From: Amoebidium appalachense
Lineage: Eukaryota; Protista; Ichthyosporea
Direction of reading: 5' to 3'
DNA: 64,000 nt
NCBI GenBank assembly: GCA_963693365.1
Contig: CAVNZM010000002.1
Span: 14,541,615 to 14,605,614 of the forward strand
The position numbers were made by a program, and so were the translations under genes. Of this stretch, positions 63,405 to 64,000 are shown in pieces (position 1 is the first letter of the stretch; each line of letters starts with the position of its first letter). The notes under the pieces were generated by a model that had not been told where the DNA came from, did no database searches, and saw only the letters and a program-made list of their open reading frames with translations.

Positions 63405-63937
63405 TTGCCGGTTTCTTTGGTGGTTGCTCTTTTTTGGGAGGGACAAGGGGGGGCTGGTTGGAGAGGACCCCGGAACGGGGGGGGAGGGGAGGGGGAGAGG
63501 GGGAGGGGGGTAAGGGCGTGATTGCTTTATAGATTCGAAGGAGAGGGAACCACAGAGGATCTCTGAAGGAGGGTAACCGGGGGGGGGGGGGGGGGTTTCG
63601 GCTGTTGGGTCGACTTATGTGGAAATAGTAACGGCACTGGTTAATGAAAATAGGGGCAGGGGAAGGGTTTTGTGTTTGCGCAAAAGAGGTGGGGAGGGGG
63701 GGGGGGGGGGGCTGAGTAAGGATGACACGTAATGTAGGAGTGAGGACTCCGATAGCATCTTTTCAATCAGAAAGAATACCATGGAAATGTAAGAAAAAAC
63801 AGTCAGAACATTTCCTTCTGTTTTTAGATTGGTTGATTTTTTTTTCCTTTTTTAGCTCGCGCACGCGCTTGTGTGCGCGTGTGCGTGTGCTTGTGCGTGT
63901 GGGTGTGGGTGTGGGACTTTTTGTCTTTCTTTTTTTT

Positions 63938-63992
<55 letters not shown>

Positions 63993-64000
63993 ACTGAAAA

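Overview
Eukaryotic genomic DNA, probably from a unicellular opisthokont/holozoan (inferred from animal-like POR, TRMT44 and cbEGF proteins plus protist-type features; not proven). Introns are packed with poly-G/poly-C/A/T runs and (CA)n/(GT)n microsatellites, so almost all entries in the ORF track are artefacts. Manual splicing gives nine gene models: the 3' part of an unknown gene (+, 8-1919); a 17-exon NADPH-cytochrome P450 reductase (+, 8446-20498); an intronless orphan ORF (-, 22003-22803); a 14-exon tRNA Um44 methyltransferase TRMT44 (-, 25379-36235) head-to-head with an intronless NAXD (+, 37273-38292); a 137-aa membrane protein (-, 40304-43456); a secreted 9-EGF protein with only phase-1 introns (-, 44862-54420); an acidic Tyr/Asp-repeat type I membrane protein (+, 58493-59434); and the 3' part of an SDR (-, 61420 to beyond the window). 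The most interesting signals are introns with mirror-ordered complementary simple repeats (possible structure-guided splicing), a long intronic inverted repeat, a duplicated acceptor forming a candidate poison exon in POR, a poly-C-associated interspersed repeat family, and a foldback element with a palindromic GCAGAA array. Two single-base frameshifts in short homopolymers suggest long-read errors, so all homopolymer lengths are uncertain.
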